Made by a program: the position numbers and the translations under genes | Part shown: positions 1-12,810 of the stretch, piece by piece | Layout of the letters: the number at the start of each line of letters is the position of its first letter | How positions within the stretch are numbered: position 1 is the first letter of the stretch | Notes under the pieces: model-generated | Seen by the model: the letters and a program-made list of their open reading frames with translations, nothing else | Database searches by the model: none | What the model was told of the DNA's origin: nothing | Assembly: GCA_002269645.1 (NCBI GenBank) | Contig: NIVC01001329.1 | Location: 114,325 to 178,324 of the forward strand | Length of the DNA stretch: 64,000 nt | Reading direction: 5' to 3' | Source of the DNA: Macrostomum lignano | Lineage: Eukaryota

Positions 1-2010
1 TTATTGTGACAGGTGTTTTACCTCCTACTTTATTAATTTTAATCCCACCACTGATACTAAGTTGTGACAGGCCTTTTGGCTCTCTATGAAAATTCTACCG
101 TTATGCCACCAAAGTTGTAACAGGCTTTTTCTTCTGTCCTCCAACTAACTTTACTAACTGCCACCAAGTTGTTACAGGGGTTATTCCTGTTTGCCAACTA
201 CAGTTATATTGATTATACTTGTTTTTACTCCTTAACTATTTCTTAGAATTGCATTTAAATATTTCTGGGTAGCATTCTTAGTAGCGTTTCTGGTAGCATT
301 CTGGTAGCTTATGGCTAGCTTTCTGGTAACGTTCTGGTAGCTTATGGCCTGAGCGGTCTAGTACTGGTATATGTATTAGTGAATAGTCCTAATCGGGCAT
401 TACCGAGACTAGAGGGTCACGGCGCCTCTTGTAATACTTCTACAAATTATTCCCCTATTCCCTTTCTTAGCAAATCTCTTGGAATCGTTTCTCAGACTTT
501 GCAAATGAATAAGTCGCTATTCAACTCAAAAGACTTTGAAAGGTTTAAATTGAACTGCTTATTTTGTTCGCAATATTGCTCACAGGTAAAAGACAGTTGG
601 AGTATATTTGCCGCAAAACCGCTCCTATATATACCCCTGAATTCCTGATACATTTATAACAAAAAATATTTCCCCAATTTATTTCGTGCATTAAAACAAA
701 CATTATTTAGCGTTTTGCATAGATTCAGTTTCTAAGGAATGTTACAATATTATTTGAATATATAGCTATTACATTGAAAGAACATTCGAGTATACTATTA
801 TAAAGGGATAGCACTAGTACATTATTCAATATTAATTATTACTTTCTAAGCTAGAATCATAAACTAAGAAATGTTAAATATTTCAAACTGACTATTGTCA
901 CTACAAGCAAAATGATAGAAAAGTTTGAAAAATATCCTCATTATGTATATTATATTGCATTTCAAAAGATTTACCTTTTAGCTTCTTTTTAGTAAGAGCC
1001 TTAAGTCCTCAACCCTATTTCTTGAAGATAGGGGGCAGATTAACTTCATTAGATGGACTGTTATAAAAAGTATAAAACATTAAATTGATCTACTTAAATA
1101 GAGCCTTGCATTGGCCTTTTCATTGTTAATTCATTAGAGGACCAACATTAACCAGGCACCCTATGTTAATAGCCCTTGATAGCTACTTCCTAGAAGCTTG
1201 CTTTTTAGCTACATTATCTAGTATAAGTTTAAAAGCTTTATATAGCTCTTGTATAGTTTTTTTCAGTAAGCTTAGTACTTGTATTACATTATATCATTTT
1301 CTATCTATAGGAAAGTATAGTGTTACAGCTTAGAAATTATAATTTTAGCTATCTGTGATAACAAATGTTAAGAGACATTGATTAACTAATAAGTTAGGTT
1401 GACCCCATTGATGATAACCAAATTTGAAATAGGCCTGTCAAGAAAATAGCAAACAACTACATTTCTAGACTGGCCTGCAGGTAGCCACTACTTTACCACT
1501 CAGTTGATCAGTGAAAAGGCTAGAAGCCCTGAACTCTATATTTATAGCAGTATTGTTATGTTTAGCAAGGAGTGGGTTAAAGGCTCAACTGAGAGGGTTG
1601 GCTGACAAAGTAAGGGAGGGTCGAGTACGCGACGCGACAGGTGAGAGAATGAGAGGCTTAGAGAATAGTGAAAGACTGACCAATCAGAAGAAAGAAAAGG
1701 TGAAAGATCAATAGAGAAAGATAGTTTTAGGACCATGAATTCTTTATCTGGCCCTTGATTTAAAAAATCTTGCCAACCCCTGGTTTAGCTAGAGTAGAGT
1801 CGAGGTCCATGTAAACTAAAAAATCGAGGTTTAAAATCAACGAAACCTAAGATTGTCGATCACTTTCACAAGCTGGAAAATTTGCAATTAGATAATTGTT
1901 TAGATTCGTACTCATATTAAGTGTATCAGTTCCAGTAGGTTTGTTATCAATTAGTTTTATCCGCAACAAACTTAAAATAAATGTGTATTGCATGCGCTAC
2001 AGAATTCACC

Positions 2011-2262
2011 ATGAAGGAGTCAGAGCCTGGCAATATATTCGCTCGTCTCTACTTCAAGTACTTAGTTGAAACCTCTATCTACATGCTGGAACCGTACGAG
2101 CGAATTGCATTGAATTGTCTTGTAGTTGTACTGCTACTGATGTCCGCCTATACTAGCTGGCTGTTTCTGCCGCATCACACAGTCAGCCAACACTTAATTG
2201 GCACTGTGAGCAGCCTGATTGGCTGGCCAAGTCTGCCTGCAGCTGGTGACTTGGCTTCTTAG
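2011..2262 (+). CDS. SPTSSA: Serine palmitoyltransferase small subunit (SPTssa/b family)
   Basis: LYFKYLVETSIYMLEPYERIALNCLVVVLLLMSAYTSWLFLPHH matches the family pattern (Y.Y.L.T.LYMLEP.ER..FN...TM..P.H). ATG at 2011 has good Kozak context (accATGa). Confidence 0.85.
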   Translation: MKESEPGNIFARLYFKYLVETSIYMLEPYERIALNCLVVVLLLMSAYTSWLFLPHHTVSQHLIGTVSSLIGWPSLPAAGDLAS

Positions 2263-2939
2263 CATTTTAATGTTCTTACATTTCTACTAAAAGTAGTATA
2301 GAGAGTAACTGAAAACACGCTAAAATTTCTAAAGCTTCAATTTATTATAAATCAAAGTTATTGGTTAAAGATGGTCAGCATTCCGCTATCAATTTTATAG
2401 TGCTTATGATACTTTTTGTGTTTAATTAGTTTTCGAAATCTCACAATAATTTTTTTGTAAAATTTACTTTTCTGTGCAAATAAATGTAATTGGTTTCAAT
2501 GGCTGCTGTTTGTCTTAACTATGTACTGTGTTTTTTAATATTTACCATTTACTCCATATCATTGTGTCAGTAATAGGTGCGAAAGATCAGTGAGTAAAAA
2601 CGGTCCCCGTTTTGCATCTCCTCTGGAATCTTACCTGATTCCATATCAGATTTGAGTCATCATGAAACGCCCGGGCGCATAAGAATTATCAAGACAAAGA
2701 CAAACCTGGGCGACAACTGAGGAGGCACGAGTGTTTAATACTCAGTATACTACTTTACTACAATACAATACAGTTAGTATTTTCAGTGCAGATATTCAGT
2801 TGTTTGTCTGCGCGGTGTCACTTAAATTTAAAATGGCAGCTAAAATTTCCTTTCTTTTCTCATGTTTTTCGGCCTCAGGAGCATATGGGTTAAGAATGAG
2901 CAACACGCATTTAACTCGATGTACACAAGTGAACGCAGG

Positions 2940-3270
2940 ACGGACGAAACCCAGCCCTAAGGGGCAGGCCCAATCTAGCTCAGCCAATGAGAGAGCAGTA
3001 GGGAGAGAGGTTAAAGTCAAACGGACGAAACAGCCTAGGGGGCTGTCCCAATCTAGCTCAGCCAATCAGAGAGCAGTAAGGAGAGGTTAAGAGAGGTCCG
3101 TTTCGGAGTCAAACGAAATAAACAGCCTAGGGGGCTGTCCCAATCTACTCGTAGCTCAGCCAATGGGAGCAGTTTGGAGAGGCTAAAGTCAGACGGACGA
3201 AACTCAGCCTAGGGGGCAGGCCCAATCTATGAATAGTTCACCTAATGAGAGCAGTAAGGAGAGAGGTCGA
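2940..3270 (+). repeat. Degenerate ~85-95-bp tandem repeat (~4 copies), typically with two CCAAT boxes per copy
   Basis: Recurring cggacgaaac-agcctagggggc-cccaatctagctcagccaat-gagagcagtaaggagagg. Confidence 0.75.
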
Positions 3271-3676
3271 AGTCTAACTGTTTATCAACCTGGCTGGGGC
3301 GGGACCCCAACCCATTTTTCTCTTACTAAGCACACGCACTGGAATTGGCATTTTTAGGCTTTCCTGAAATCTTCAGTCTTAATTTTTTTCTTAGGAGTGC
3401 AATATTTTTTTAACCCGAGAAAGTCTCGAGTCGGTAAAAGAAGATGAAAATGCTAATTTAATAGGTCTGCTTGCATTTGTATTAAATCAGAGGTGATTAT
3501 TTCATCTGAAACCAAAGCACTTAAAATACTTTGTAAAATTGAGTAATATTTTAACTTAACTATTATAAGCGCAAAATCGCTACTTTTGCTACTTAAAAAA
3601 CTCCGCATCAAACGGCAAACCGCCGCAGCTGTTTCATTCATCCGACCTCAATTTTAATGCCAGCCCTATCCGCCCC

Positions 3677-4873
3677 ATGACGCAGCACTGGACGGCGATT
3701 CCATTCCTAAAAAATATTGACGAGTCCAAGCGAACTCTGCCAAGCAAGGCCGACATAATTCGCTGCGTGCCCGCGCATCTTCGCCACTGTCGGCTGCTGT
3801 TTGCTGACGGCTTCGTCTCGCCGTCGTCTGCCGCCAACTCGGTTGTCGACCAGCCGACGCCTCGGGTTGGCTGTCGCGGTCGCGGCGTTCGCAAGCGATG
3901 TCCAGTTAATGGCGCTGCAAAGCCCCAGCCGCCTCAGCCGCTGTCGCCTCAATCTTCATCGACGGCATCGTCGTTGACTTCGACTAGCCAATCGTACGGT
4001 CGTAGCCGAGGTCGCGGACTCAGGCAGTTAAAAATTTCCACCCCGCTCCTGTCGGAGTCGGCATCTGACGAGGATGTAGGCGGGTGCGATCGGCTCGGCC
4101 AATTCGAAGAGTGCTATGGTCCTAAAACCAATGGCTCTGCAAACTCCTGCGCTATCCTTGCTGATGCTGCGGACTCTCCATCGCTGGCTGCCAGTTTATC
4201 TGTCCCGAGTGCTGATACTGTCGCAGGTGCCATTGGTGTCTCAGGCTCAGGTACCGATAATGTCACAGGTGCCATTGGTGTCTCAGGCTCAGGTAACGAG
4301 GATGTCACAGGTGCCATTGGTGCCTCAGGCTCAGGTACCGAGGATGTCGCAGGTGCCATTGGTGTCTCAGGCTCAGGTACCGATGATGTCGCAGGTGCCG
4401 TTGGTGTCTCAGGCTCAGGTACCGATGATGTCGCAGGTGCCGTTGGTGTCTCAGGTGCTGATGATGTCGCGTGTGCTGATGCCATTCCCAGGCTAGATTC
4501 TTCAGAACTCTCCACCGAAGACTCAATCTCCGGCGCCGAAGATCTCGGCCAGCTTCGCATCTCCGGTCTCTGTTCGGACGCTATTCACGCATTTAAACGC
4601 GATTTTATGCTAGACAGGCAGCAAAAACTGCGTCGCAGACGTGGAGGCGCAGACCGCTGCAGTGAGGAGGTGGATCCTGACGGTCTGTACGCCATCCTGC
4701 GAGCATTCTCTTCTATTGGTATTGTTAGCGTTGTTGTCCGGAGCGAAGACGGTGCTGGCGTTGACTCGCTGCTAGTTGAACTGGCGCAGAGCAGCCTGGC
4801 TAGCTATTGCATCAACGGCCTGAGTCTGCCGTGCGACTGCCTTGTAACCTGCAGTCTAGTGTCCGAGCAGTGA
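3677..4873 (+). CDS. Hypothetical protein (probably terminal exon) with internal 14-aa repeats
   Basis: 398-aa GC-rich ORF whose frame stays open upstream of the ATG to about 3590. Contains ~6 copies of VAGAIGVSGSGTDD. No family recognised. Confidence 0.55.
   Translation: MTQHWTAIPFLKNIDESKRTLPSKADIIRCVPAHLRHCRLLFADGFVSPSSAANSVVDQPTPRVGCRGRGVRKRCPVNGAAKPQPPQPLSPQSSSTASSLTSTSQSYGRSRGRGLRQLKISTPLLSESASDEDVGGCDRLGQFEECYGPKTNGSANSCAILADAADSPSLAASLSVPSADTVAGAIGVSGSGTDNVTGAIGVSGSGNEDVTGAIGASGSGTEDVAGAIGVSGSGTDDVAGAVGVSGSGTDDVAGAVGVSGADDVACADAIPRLDSSELSTEDSISGAEDLGQLRISGLCSDAIHAFKRDFMLDRQQKLRRRRGGADRCSEEVDPDGLYAILRAFSSIGIVSVVVRSEDGAGVDSLLVELAQSSLASYCINGLSLPCDCLVTCSLVSEQ
4219..4468 (+). repeat. 42-bp coding tandem repeat, ~6 copies
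   Basis: gtcgcaggtgccattggtgtctcaggctcaggtaccgatgat units, in frame with ORF 3677-4873. Confidence 0.9.
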
Positions 4874-5469
4874 CTGATTCTTCTAGGCCAGTTAATTTAT
4901 TTACGTTTTATATAACTTTATCGAAACTATAGACCCTTGCATGCTTAAAAGTTTTTAAACTTTGAATAATAAAATTGTTGCATTTATACTCGTAGCTAGT
5001 TGCCCAGCTGGATATGCAGAGTTCATTGATCAACTCTTATTTTTTACAATATCATTGGTGCTCCATCAGAGTTCCAGTTTTTTTCCTTGTGCCCTCGCTC
5101 CATTCACTCATCGTGGACTTATGCACGCGACAAAAGAGTGCACCATTGCGCTAAATGTATTTATGGTCTGGTTGTTAAAAGAGCTAAAATATATATATAG
5201 AATTCATAAAGGGCTTGTGTTAACGCGTTGTCATTGTTGCATGCCTGTGTAATAAATTTCTGACTATATCGTCTGTTATTGAGATTTCATTGTAATTTTT
5301 CTTGTAGAAAAATAGTTTTATGGTTTAAAAAGTATGCAGTGTGTTATAATCGACGGATCTATGCGAAAAGTTGTCATGCCATTGACTCGACGGGAAGTGT
5401 GGTTGATTAGACTATGTAAAACTCGCGGTGTGTCTTTGGAGGATTGGACGATCTATAAGTCGTGTGTCT

Positions 5470-6020
5470 GGGCTATTTGAAGTTGCTGCAAGGTGTGTCT
5501 GGACGATGTAACGCCGCAAGGTGTGTCTGAACGATGTGATGCCGCAAGGTGTGTCTGAACGATGTGAAGTCGCAAGGTGTCTGAACGATGTGAAGTCGCA
5601 AGGTGTGTCTGAACGATGTGAAGTCGCAAGGTTTGTCTGAACGATGTGAAGTCGCAAGGTGTGTCCGAACGATGTGAAGTCGCAAGGTGTGTCTGAACGA
5701 TGTGAAGTCGCAAGGTTTGTCTGAACGATGTGAAGTCGCAAGGTGTCTGAACGATGTGAAATCGAAAGGTGTGTCTGAACGATGTGAAGTCGCAAGGTGT
5801 GTCTGAACGATTTGAAGTCGCAAGGTGTGTCTGAACGATGTGAAGTCGCAAGGTTTGTCTGAACGATGTGAAGTCGCAAGCTGTGTCTGAACGATTTGAA
5901 GTCGCAAGGTGTGTCTAAACGATGTGAAGTCGCAAGGTGTGTCTAAACGATGTGAAGTCGCAAAGTGTGTCTGAACGATGTGAAGTCGCAAGCTGTGTCT
6001 GGACAATGTGAAGTCGTAAC
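5470..6020. repeat. 28-bp minisatellite
   Basis: gtcgcaaggtgtgtctgaacgatgtgaa repeated ~19 times, with 26-bp variants. Confidence 0.95.
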
Positions 6021-6204
6021 GCGTGTCAAGGTGAACAATACTAGAAAGTTGAACAAATCGAATTGGCGGACGTATTGCCGGAATATTAGTGATATTACTA
6101 TACTATATTAAACGTCGGGCTTAAATAGAATTGGCCCGATATTTTTTCAGCAGACGTTTTTGCCTATAGTGATACATAGTGTGAACGAAACTCGCTGATC
6201 AAGC

Positions 6205-9200
6205 ATGGCTGCTGAACCATCTCAAGCCCTGCCAACTGTTGAGCTTCACGATCAGCAGCAGCAGCAGCTCCGCCAGAGGCAGTCTGAGCCGCAGCTTCTG
6301 CAGGTCCCGCAGGGTGACAGAGCCAGTCGTCACCGAAAGCGACATTCCGAGTTCAACTTGGCCGGTTTGACAGGCGAAGAGCTCGAATCTGTTGAAGACG
6401 AATCCGAGTCGGTCAGCTGCCACCTGGCCGATGGTCACGAGCACCTGGATCACGTGATGGCTGACGCTGACATACCGATGAGCGTAGAGCAGCTGGCGCA
6501 GTGCCTGCTGACCGATGGGCCCTGGTTTCGCGACTTCCTCCAACGTCGCCGCACCTTCGGCATCGAGGCCAGCGATTTTGAAGACGAAAACGGAATCAAC
6601 ATTGGAGGCGCCAGTCGGGCGCGTCGGCCAGGTGATCGACGGGACGTGCGCTACTGGCTGCGCATCAACTACGCCATCGGGCCGAAGCAGACGCTGGTTG
6701 AAGAGACTCAGACTTACGTGTGAGATTGGCTTGGCTCAGCAACTGGGGATCTGGGAGGGTGGTTCAGCAACTGAGGATCTGGGAGGGTGTGGTGGCATGA
6801 GACAATCGGATGCTTTCTTAGAGAAAGGGCAAAATAACCTAGACTAACAGCATGGCTTAGAGTAATATCCCGTCAATATCCCGCCAACCACTCAGTTGGT
6901 GCAAACCAGGCAAACTACACGTGGTGGACTGCGAGGTGCACAACCGGGACATACCCTACGGCACGTCTTTCCACACCCTCAACCGGATGTGCCTGACCTG
7001 CCGCGGGCCTGGCCGCAGCCACCTGACCATCACGTCGCGCACTGTGTTCACCAGGGCTGTGTTCCTGGCTAAGAGCTTCATCGAGTCCAACGTGCGCGAA
7101 GGCAGTCAGGTGAGGCCGGTTCAAATGATCGAATTGATTCTTGCTTGAATTGCCCGATTTTCATTTACAAGAGACCCATCAATAAAGTGCATGGTACATG
7201 ACGAGAAGAATTTCTTGACAATTTTACCTTGAACCACAGTGCCTTAAGTACAACAGTTTCTCTACTTTCAGTTCAGTAGCAAGGAAGAATGTTTAGGCTA
7301 TTTTATTTTATGTAAAAGAATATAGTTAGCGTAACTCTTCAGGCGTAAAACAACTCGCTATCGGTGCAGCCGTAATTTGCCATTAGCCAGTGCCACTAGA
7401 AATATACATTGGCTTGGCAGGCGGCTCTAGACGTGAAGACTGGCCGGCGGGGCGGGGGTAAGAGTTTTTGAGAAGTTAGACGTAGCTGGAGGGGTTCAGA
7501 TAGAAGAACGGGTAAGAGGTTCAATGAACTTAGCTTATACAATGTACTAGTCCTCCTAGCTGGGAGGAAGGCAATAAAAATTGGGGGTGCGCGGTAGGGT
7601 AGAGATTTTGTGCGAAAAGACGCGAACGGAGGGAGGGGTTCAACTGGCGGTGAGCGGGCCAGTAGGCGAGCCTATAGCTATATACTGTACATAACAAGGC
7701 AGTATGACAAGGCACCGAGGAAAGCAATAAAAATGTGCGGCGGGGCGGGGGTAGAGTTTTTGAGAAGTTAGACGCAGCCCGAGGGGTTCAGATAGAAGAA
7801 CGGGTAGGAGGTTCAATGAACTTTGCTTATATAATGTACTAGTCCTCCTAGCTTTAGGCTGGGAGGAAGGCAATAAAAATTGGGGGTGCGCGGTAGGGTA
7901 GAGATTTTGTGCAAAAAGACGCGAACGGAGGGAGGGGTTCAACTAGCGGTGAGCGGGCCAATAAGCGAGCCTATAGCTATATACTGTACATAACAAGGCA
8001 CCGAGGAAAGCAATAAAAATGGGCGGCGGGGCGGGGGGTGCGACAATATGCAGTCGGAGGGGTTCAGCTGCTGAGGGGTGGCAGTGATTGGGCCAATAAA
8101 CCAGTATTGTCCTAAATTAAATTAAACTGGTTAACTTTCTACTGAACTGAAAGTGGCTTACACGCAAATGTACAGCCCAACTACTCCTAGTTGGGGGACA
8201 GAGCAGCTGGTGAGAGCGCCACGATCTCTGATTCGATTCCGTTTACGGTCATATTTTTATTTTGGATTGGACCTTGTGCACGAAAATAGGTTTTGATTAT
8301 TACTATTAGCCCATCTAGTTATTATAGATATCTGACCCCGCAGACCTACTTCCGCCTCATGGTGGACACTCTGCTGGATCCCAATGCTGGCAAGACGCCA
8401 ATTAACGACGAAGGCGGCGCCTCGGCCGCGGCTTCGCGACCTCCGTCTGGCTCGTCAACCCCTGCAACAGCAGCTGCCGCAGGGGCGGCGGCGGCGGCGG
8501 CGTCGTCGGCTCCTTCGGTGTCATCTTCAACGCCGATGTCGCGCAGCGCGGCAGCCCAGCGTCAGCAGGACGGCACCGGCAGGCCCCGACCGTCGACTAA
8601 TTCAACAACTGTCGCCAACGCCGCCGCCACCTCGGCCGCGACTGCGATGGCGGGCCGTCGAGTGTCCCGATCGCGTAGCGGCGTCCGCAGCAGCAAAGAC
8701 GGTGGGCAGAGGCTGCTGGTTCTGTGCCTGCTGCTGGCGTGAGTGCTTCACGAATCATTGCGCTGTTGTTTTCGTCTTGGGTTCCATTGAGAGTTATTGG
8801 TTCCAGTAATCGGTTCCGTTCTATCTGGAAATAATCGACACCAGCTTTAGTTTTTCACTAAAAGTCCAGTTACAGTTTTCTTGTTTAATTTTTTTTTAAT
8901 TTTGGTTTTCCTTCAAATTAATCCCAACGTCCAGCAGTGTCCTGATGTTCTGCTGTCTGGTCAGCTTGCACCTGCGCTTCCAGTCTCTGGACAGCTCGCT
9001 GGATCGATTGAGTTCCAGCGAATTCAGGTGAGATTAACTGTATAGGGCAGATGTTAGATTTCAAGAATTTCAGTTTGTCTACCGATATGTATCGAAAACA
9101 GCGATCGAAGTAAACTGGCCGATATGTATTGAAAACAAATAACCGAAGTTAAGTGGCCGATCGCGATATGTATCGAAAATAAGAATAACCTAAGTTAACT

Positions 9201-9509
9201 GGCCGATATGTATCGAAAACATTAATAACGAAGTTAACTGGCCGATATGTATCGAAAACATTAATAACCAAACGCTTCAGTCGGTCTGCCTGCGCTCCGG
9301 CTGGTGACGCCAGCCGAACTGGCGCCGCTTTCACACGCGAGCAGCTGGACATCTGGCGTCGCGCTCTCGACGAGACTCTGGGCAGCCTGGACGGCCTGCT
9401 GTTCGAACTGCGCCGGGTGGCCACTGCGGAGGCCACCGCCGCTGCCGCCGCCTCCTCCAGCATCCCGGCCGGACGTCCGGTCTGTGACAGACCGCCTCCG
9501 CCTCCCTGA
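6205..9509 (+). CDS. GRAMD1/Aster-like sterol transfer protein (VASt domain + TM + C-terminal coiled coil), 5 exons
   Basis: Exons 6205-6719, 6896-7109, 8344-8738, 8938-9027 and 9281-9509 join in frame through GT-AG introns. VASt motifs: GPKQTLVEETQ, VVDCEVHNRDIPYGTSFHTLNR, KSFIESN..G. TM segment LLVLCLLLAVLMFCCLV. Coiled coil EQLDIWRRALDETL. Confidence 0.85.
7390..8040. repeat. Intronic direct duplications of ~200-300-bp blocks
   Basis: Blocks ggcggggcgggggtagagtttttgagaagttagacg and gggaggaaggcaataaaaattgggggtgcgcgg each recur. Confidence 0.8.
9080..9270. repeat. Intronic tandem repeat with core gttaactggccgatatgtatcgaaaac
   Basis: 4-5 imperfect copies visible. Confidence 0.8.
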
Positions 9510-10114
9510 CCAATCAGGGACCAATTCTTCCGTCGGAAGTTTTTACTAACTAATGAAATATTTTTTGATTGTTTACTTTTTCTTTTTTTCTCGCAGATTT
9601 TTCTTCCTATGTTTAAATTTGCCTACTGATTGGTAGTAGAAAGTAGCGATTTTTATAAGACGAAATCTACATTCCATTAATTACGTACGCTAGCATTGAT
9701 TTACTTGCAATCCATCCTTTTGATCCAACTTTTTAATTGTCTACGATTTTTACGGTTGTCATTTTCATCGTTCTGGCATTTTTACACCTAGATTAATTTT
9801 TGATTGAGCTTTCGAGGCAATTCTCAAACCCTATTTCTAATCTTTTAATTCCTATGGGAACTTTTGTGCTCATTACGGATATATTTTTAAAATGATGCAA
9901 TGCCGTAGGAAGGCTTAAAAATATATTATACTTGAAATTTGTCTACCCTGACAACCTAATTTATACAGACAAAGTGTTTGTCAGTCATGTATTTCTGCCT
10001 TTCATTTTATATGCAGTTAGCATGGAAAACATAAGGTAATATCGCGCTGCTTCTGTCGGGCTTCTGCTTCTGTGAGGCATCGGCTGCTTCTGCCGGTTAA
10101 ATCATGATGTTGGA

Positions 10115-10400
10115 GACTGCAGGCTGGGAGATGATCAAAGGGAGACTGCAAGCTAGGAGATGATGGAGAGGAGACTGCAGGCTGGGAGATGATGAAGGGG
10201 AGACTGCAAGCTGGGAGATGATGAAGGGAGGCTGCGAGCTGGGAGATGATGAAGAGGAGACTGCAGGCTGGGAGATGATGAAGGGGAGACTGCAAGCTGG
10301 GAGATGATGAAGGGAGGCTGCGAGCTGGGAGATGATGGAGAGGAGACTGCAGGCAAGGAGATGATGAAGGGGAGACTGCAAGCTGGGATATGATGAAGGA
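10115..10400. repeat. ~28-bp minisatellite (gagactgcaagctgggagatgatgaagg)
   Basis: ~10 imperfect copies; accounts for the spurious ORFs in this interval. Confidence 0.9.
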
Positions 10401-10471
10401 GGGACCGCAGGCCAAGTGATAAAGGATATTAAGATAGACTTAGGGACTCTAGCACGTAGGGGTCCGGCAGC

Positions 10472-11636
10472 TCACAGATGCAGCACCCGCAGGCGGCGGT
10501 ACTGATAGCCGGGCCTTCTGGGCGGCAGCGCCACCAGCACCCGACCGTCGCTGCGCAGCCAAGCGGCGGCCGTGCCGGTGTCGGCATCTGCCGGCAGCCG
10601 GTCGAATCGATCGCGAAATCGTCGAGTCGACGCCCTACCGTCGGCCACCAGCTGCCGACAGCCGCTGACGGTCACTACGGTTGGCGTCGACGTGACGGTC
10701 AGGTCCTGCACGGAGTAGCCGCCGCCGTCAGCCAGAATGAGGTGCACAACCGAGGCAGGCTGCTCCGGCTGGCGGTGCTGCTCCTCACCAGGATGAGGCG
10801 AATGAGGCTGACGTTGATGCGGCCGCTGGTGACTCTGAGCAGCCTGAGATTGAATAGCGTGTAGAATGTAGATCATGTGAGCACAGCCTCGTGCGATCGG
10901 GCATCTCGTGCTGCTCAAGAGTATCTCACCCTAAGACTAAGAGTATCTCACCCTAAGACTGAGAGTACCTCATCCTAAGACTGCAGAGAGTATCTCACCC
11001 AAAGACTGAGTATTTTCAAAATTCTCTCAAACTCGCCAACTCACCGCTGCCGTCCTTGCGGTGCCCGTCGCCGGCACCTCCAGTCGCAGACGGCCGTCGG
11101 CCAGCAGGCTGGCTCGGACGCCGCCTCCGCCGCTGGCTGCCGCAAAGGAGGCGACGCTACTCGCCCCAGCGGGCAGTTCCAGCCTGCGTTCGAACGCCAT
11201 CCGACGCGGCGGCGCCGCCCGACCGACCACGCGGATGGCCAGCCGTCCCGGGCCTCCATCGCCGCTCTGGTAGCCGAAGGCGGCCTCGGGAGACACGACC
11301 AGCTCGCCGGGCGCGTAGCCGTGTGCGTTCAGGTGGGCGACGAAAACCCGCCTGGTGGCGTCCAGTCGCCATTCGCCTTCGGCCGCTTCGCCGTTGACGT
11401 CTAAATCGTCGACATAGCCGTTGCCGGTGCCGACGGCGGAGGAGGGGAAGAACTGGTCGGCCTCTGTGCGGACCCGCCGGTTCAGCTGGTCGAGCTCCTG
11501 CGAAGCCTGCGATGTCGGCGATGTCGGCGACGCCTGAGAAGACGCTGCTGAAAGCCGGCGCTGCCGCTGCGACTGACTACGGCGAGGACCGACGTCGCCA
11601 TCGCCGGCAAAGCGTACGCCGAAACGGCGGCGACGG
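10472..11636 (-). CDS. Small heat-shock protein with two divergent alpha-crystallin domains (5' exon not identified)
   Basis: Exon ~11043-11636 encodes FVAHLNAHGYAPGEL...FERRLELP...VRASLLADGRLRLEVP. Exon ~10472-10845 encodes GGYSVQDLTVTSTPTVVTVSG...RFRDRFDRLPADAD...AAWLRSDGRVLVALP. GTGAGT donor near 11040. Confidence 0.7.
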
Positions 11637-11655
11637 TCTGCGAGTTGGCAAAAAA

Positions 11656-11656
<1 letters not shown>

Positions 11657-11696
<40 letters not shown>

Positions 11697-11711
11697 TGGT
11701 GTCTGTCTTAG

Positions 11712-11774
<63 letters not shown>

Positions 11775-11786
11775 GTCTCTGTCTGC
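11657..11786. repeat. (GTCT)n microsatellite
   Basis: Direct reading. Confidence 0.95.
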
Positions 11787-12419
11787 TTTAACAACAGAAT
11801 TGGTCCAGCGGCTCTACTATTGCTAGTTCAAATTGTTCTGTAAAAACTCAGTCATGAGAATACTCATCCACTAATGGCGGAAACTTTGAAAGAAGTGACG
11901 CAGTGGCTGTTATTCATACATGCATAAAGGGGTAAAATAATTTTGTCAATTAACGCATACTGAGTCGTCACATTTTACGATTGAAACTCTTACTAAACGA
12001 ACTTATATACAAAGGGCATCAGGACGTCAAGTTGCTTTTAGTTGCTACCAAAGTGCTGTTAGAGGCTTAATAACATGGCTGTCATCGTCAGAGTTCGCTA
12101 AAATTTGAGGGTGCCAACGCTAAGACTGTAAGTGGCCCGGTTTAGTTTTCTCAATTGCCTGGGCTGCTGTGAAGGCCTTACATGTGTGCCGTACAAGTCA
12201 TCCACTTTAGCTGAGTTGAAGTGGCACAAGAAGGAGAGTTCTCAGCACAGATTTGAGAGCAAACACGCTCGGAGCTCTCAGAAGTTCGAATTGTTGAATT
12301 GTAAACTTGAGCATTTATGGCCTGTGCTGCGCTTCTCTCTTATTTTGCTTACAGCAGGGTTAGGCGAACTTTTTTACCTCAAAGGACAGGCACAGAACCT
12401 AGCGCTTGACTGCGGGTCA

Positions 12420-12810
12420 GAGGAGGGGAGAGAGGAGAGGGAATAGAGAACAGAGAAAGGAGAGGAGATGAGAGAAGAGAGGAGAGGAGAGAGGAGAGGA
12501 AAGAGGGGAGGAGAGAAGGGAGGAGAGGAGAGGAGAGGAGAGGAGACAGGGGAGGAGAGAGGAGAGTAGAGGAGAGGAGAGAGGAGAGGAGAAGAGAGGA
12601 GAGAGGAGAGGAGAAGAGAGGAGAGGAAAGAGGACACGGTTCGAGCACATGATTTGAGCACACGATTTGAGCACACGATTAGAGTACATGGTTTAAGCAC
12701 ACAGTTTGAGCACATGGTTTGAGCACACAGTTTGAGCACATATTTTGAGCACAATCTGAGCACATGATCTGACCACATGATTTGAGCACATGACTTGAGC
12801 ACACAATTTG
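12420..12810. repeat. Polypurine (GAGAG) tract followed by ~14-bp tttgagcaca repeat
   Basis: Direct reading. Confidence 0.9.

Noticed and set aside
4219-4468. GAIGVSG resemblance to the GlcG/haem-degrading motif
   Set aside because: It occurs as a tandem low-complexity repeat without the rest of that fold.
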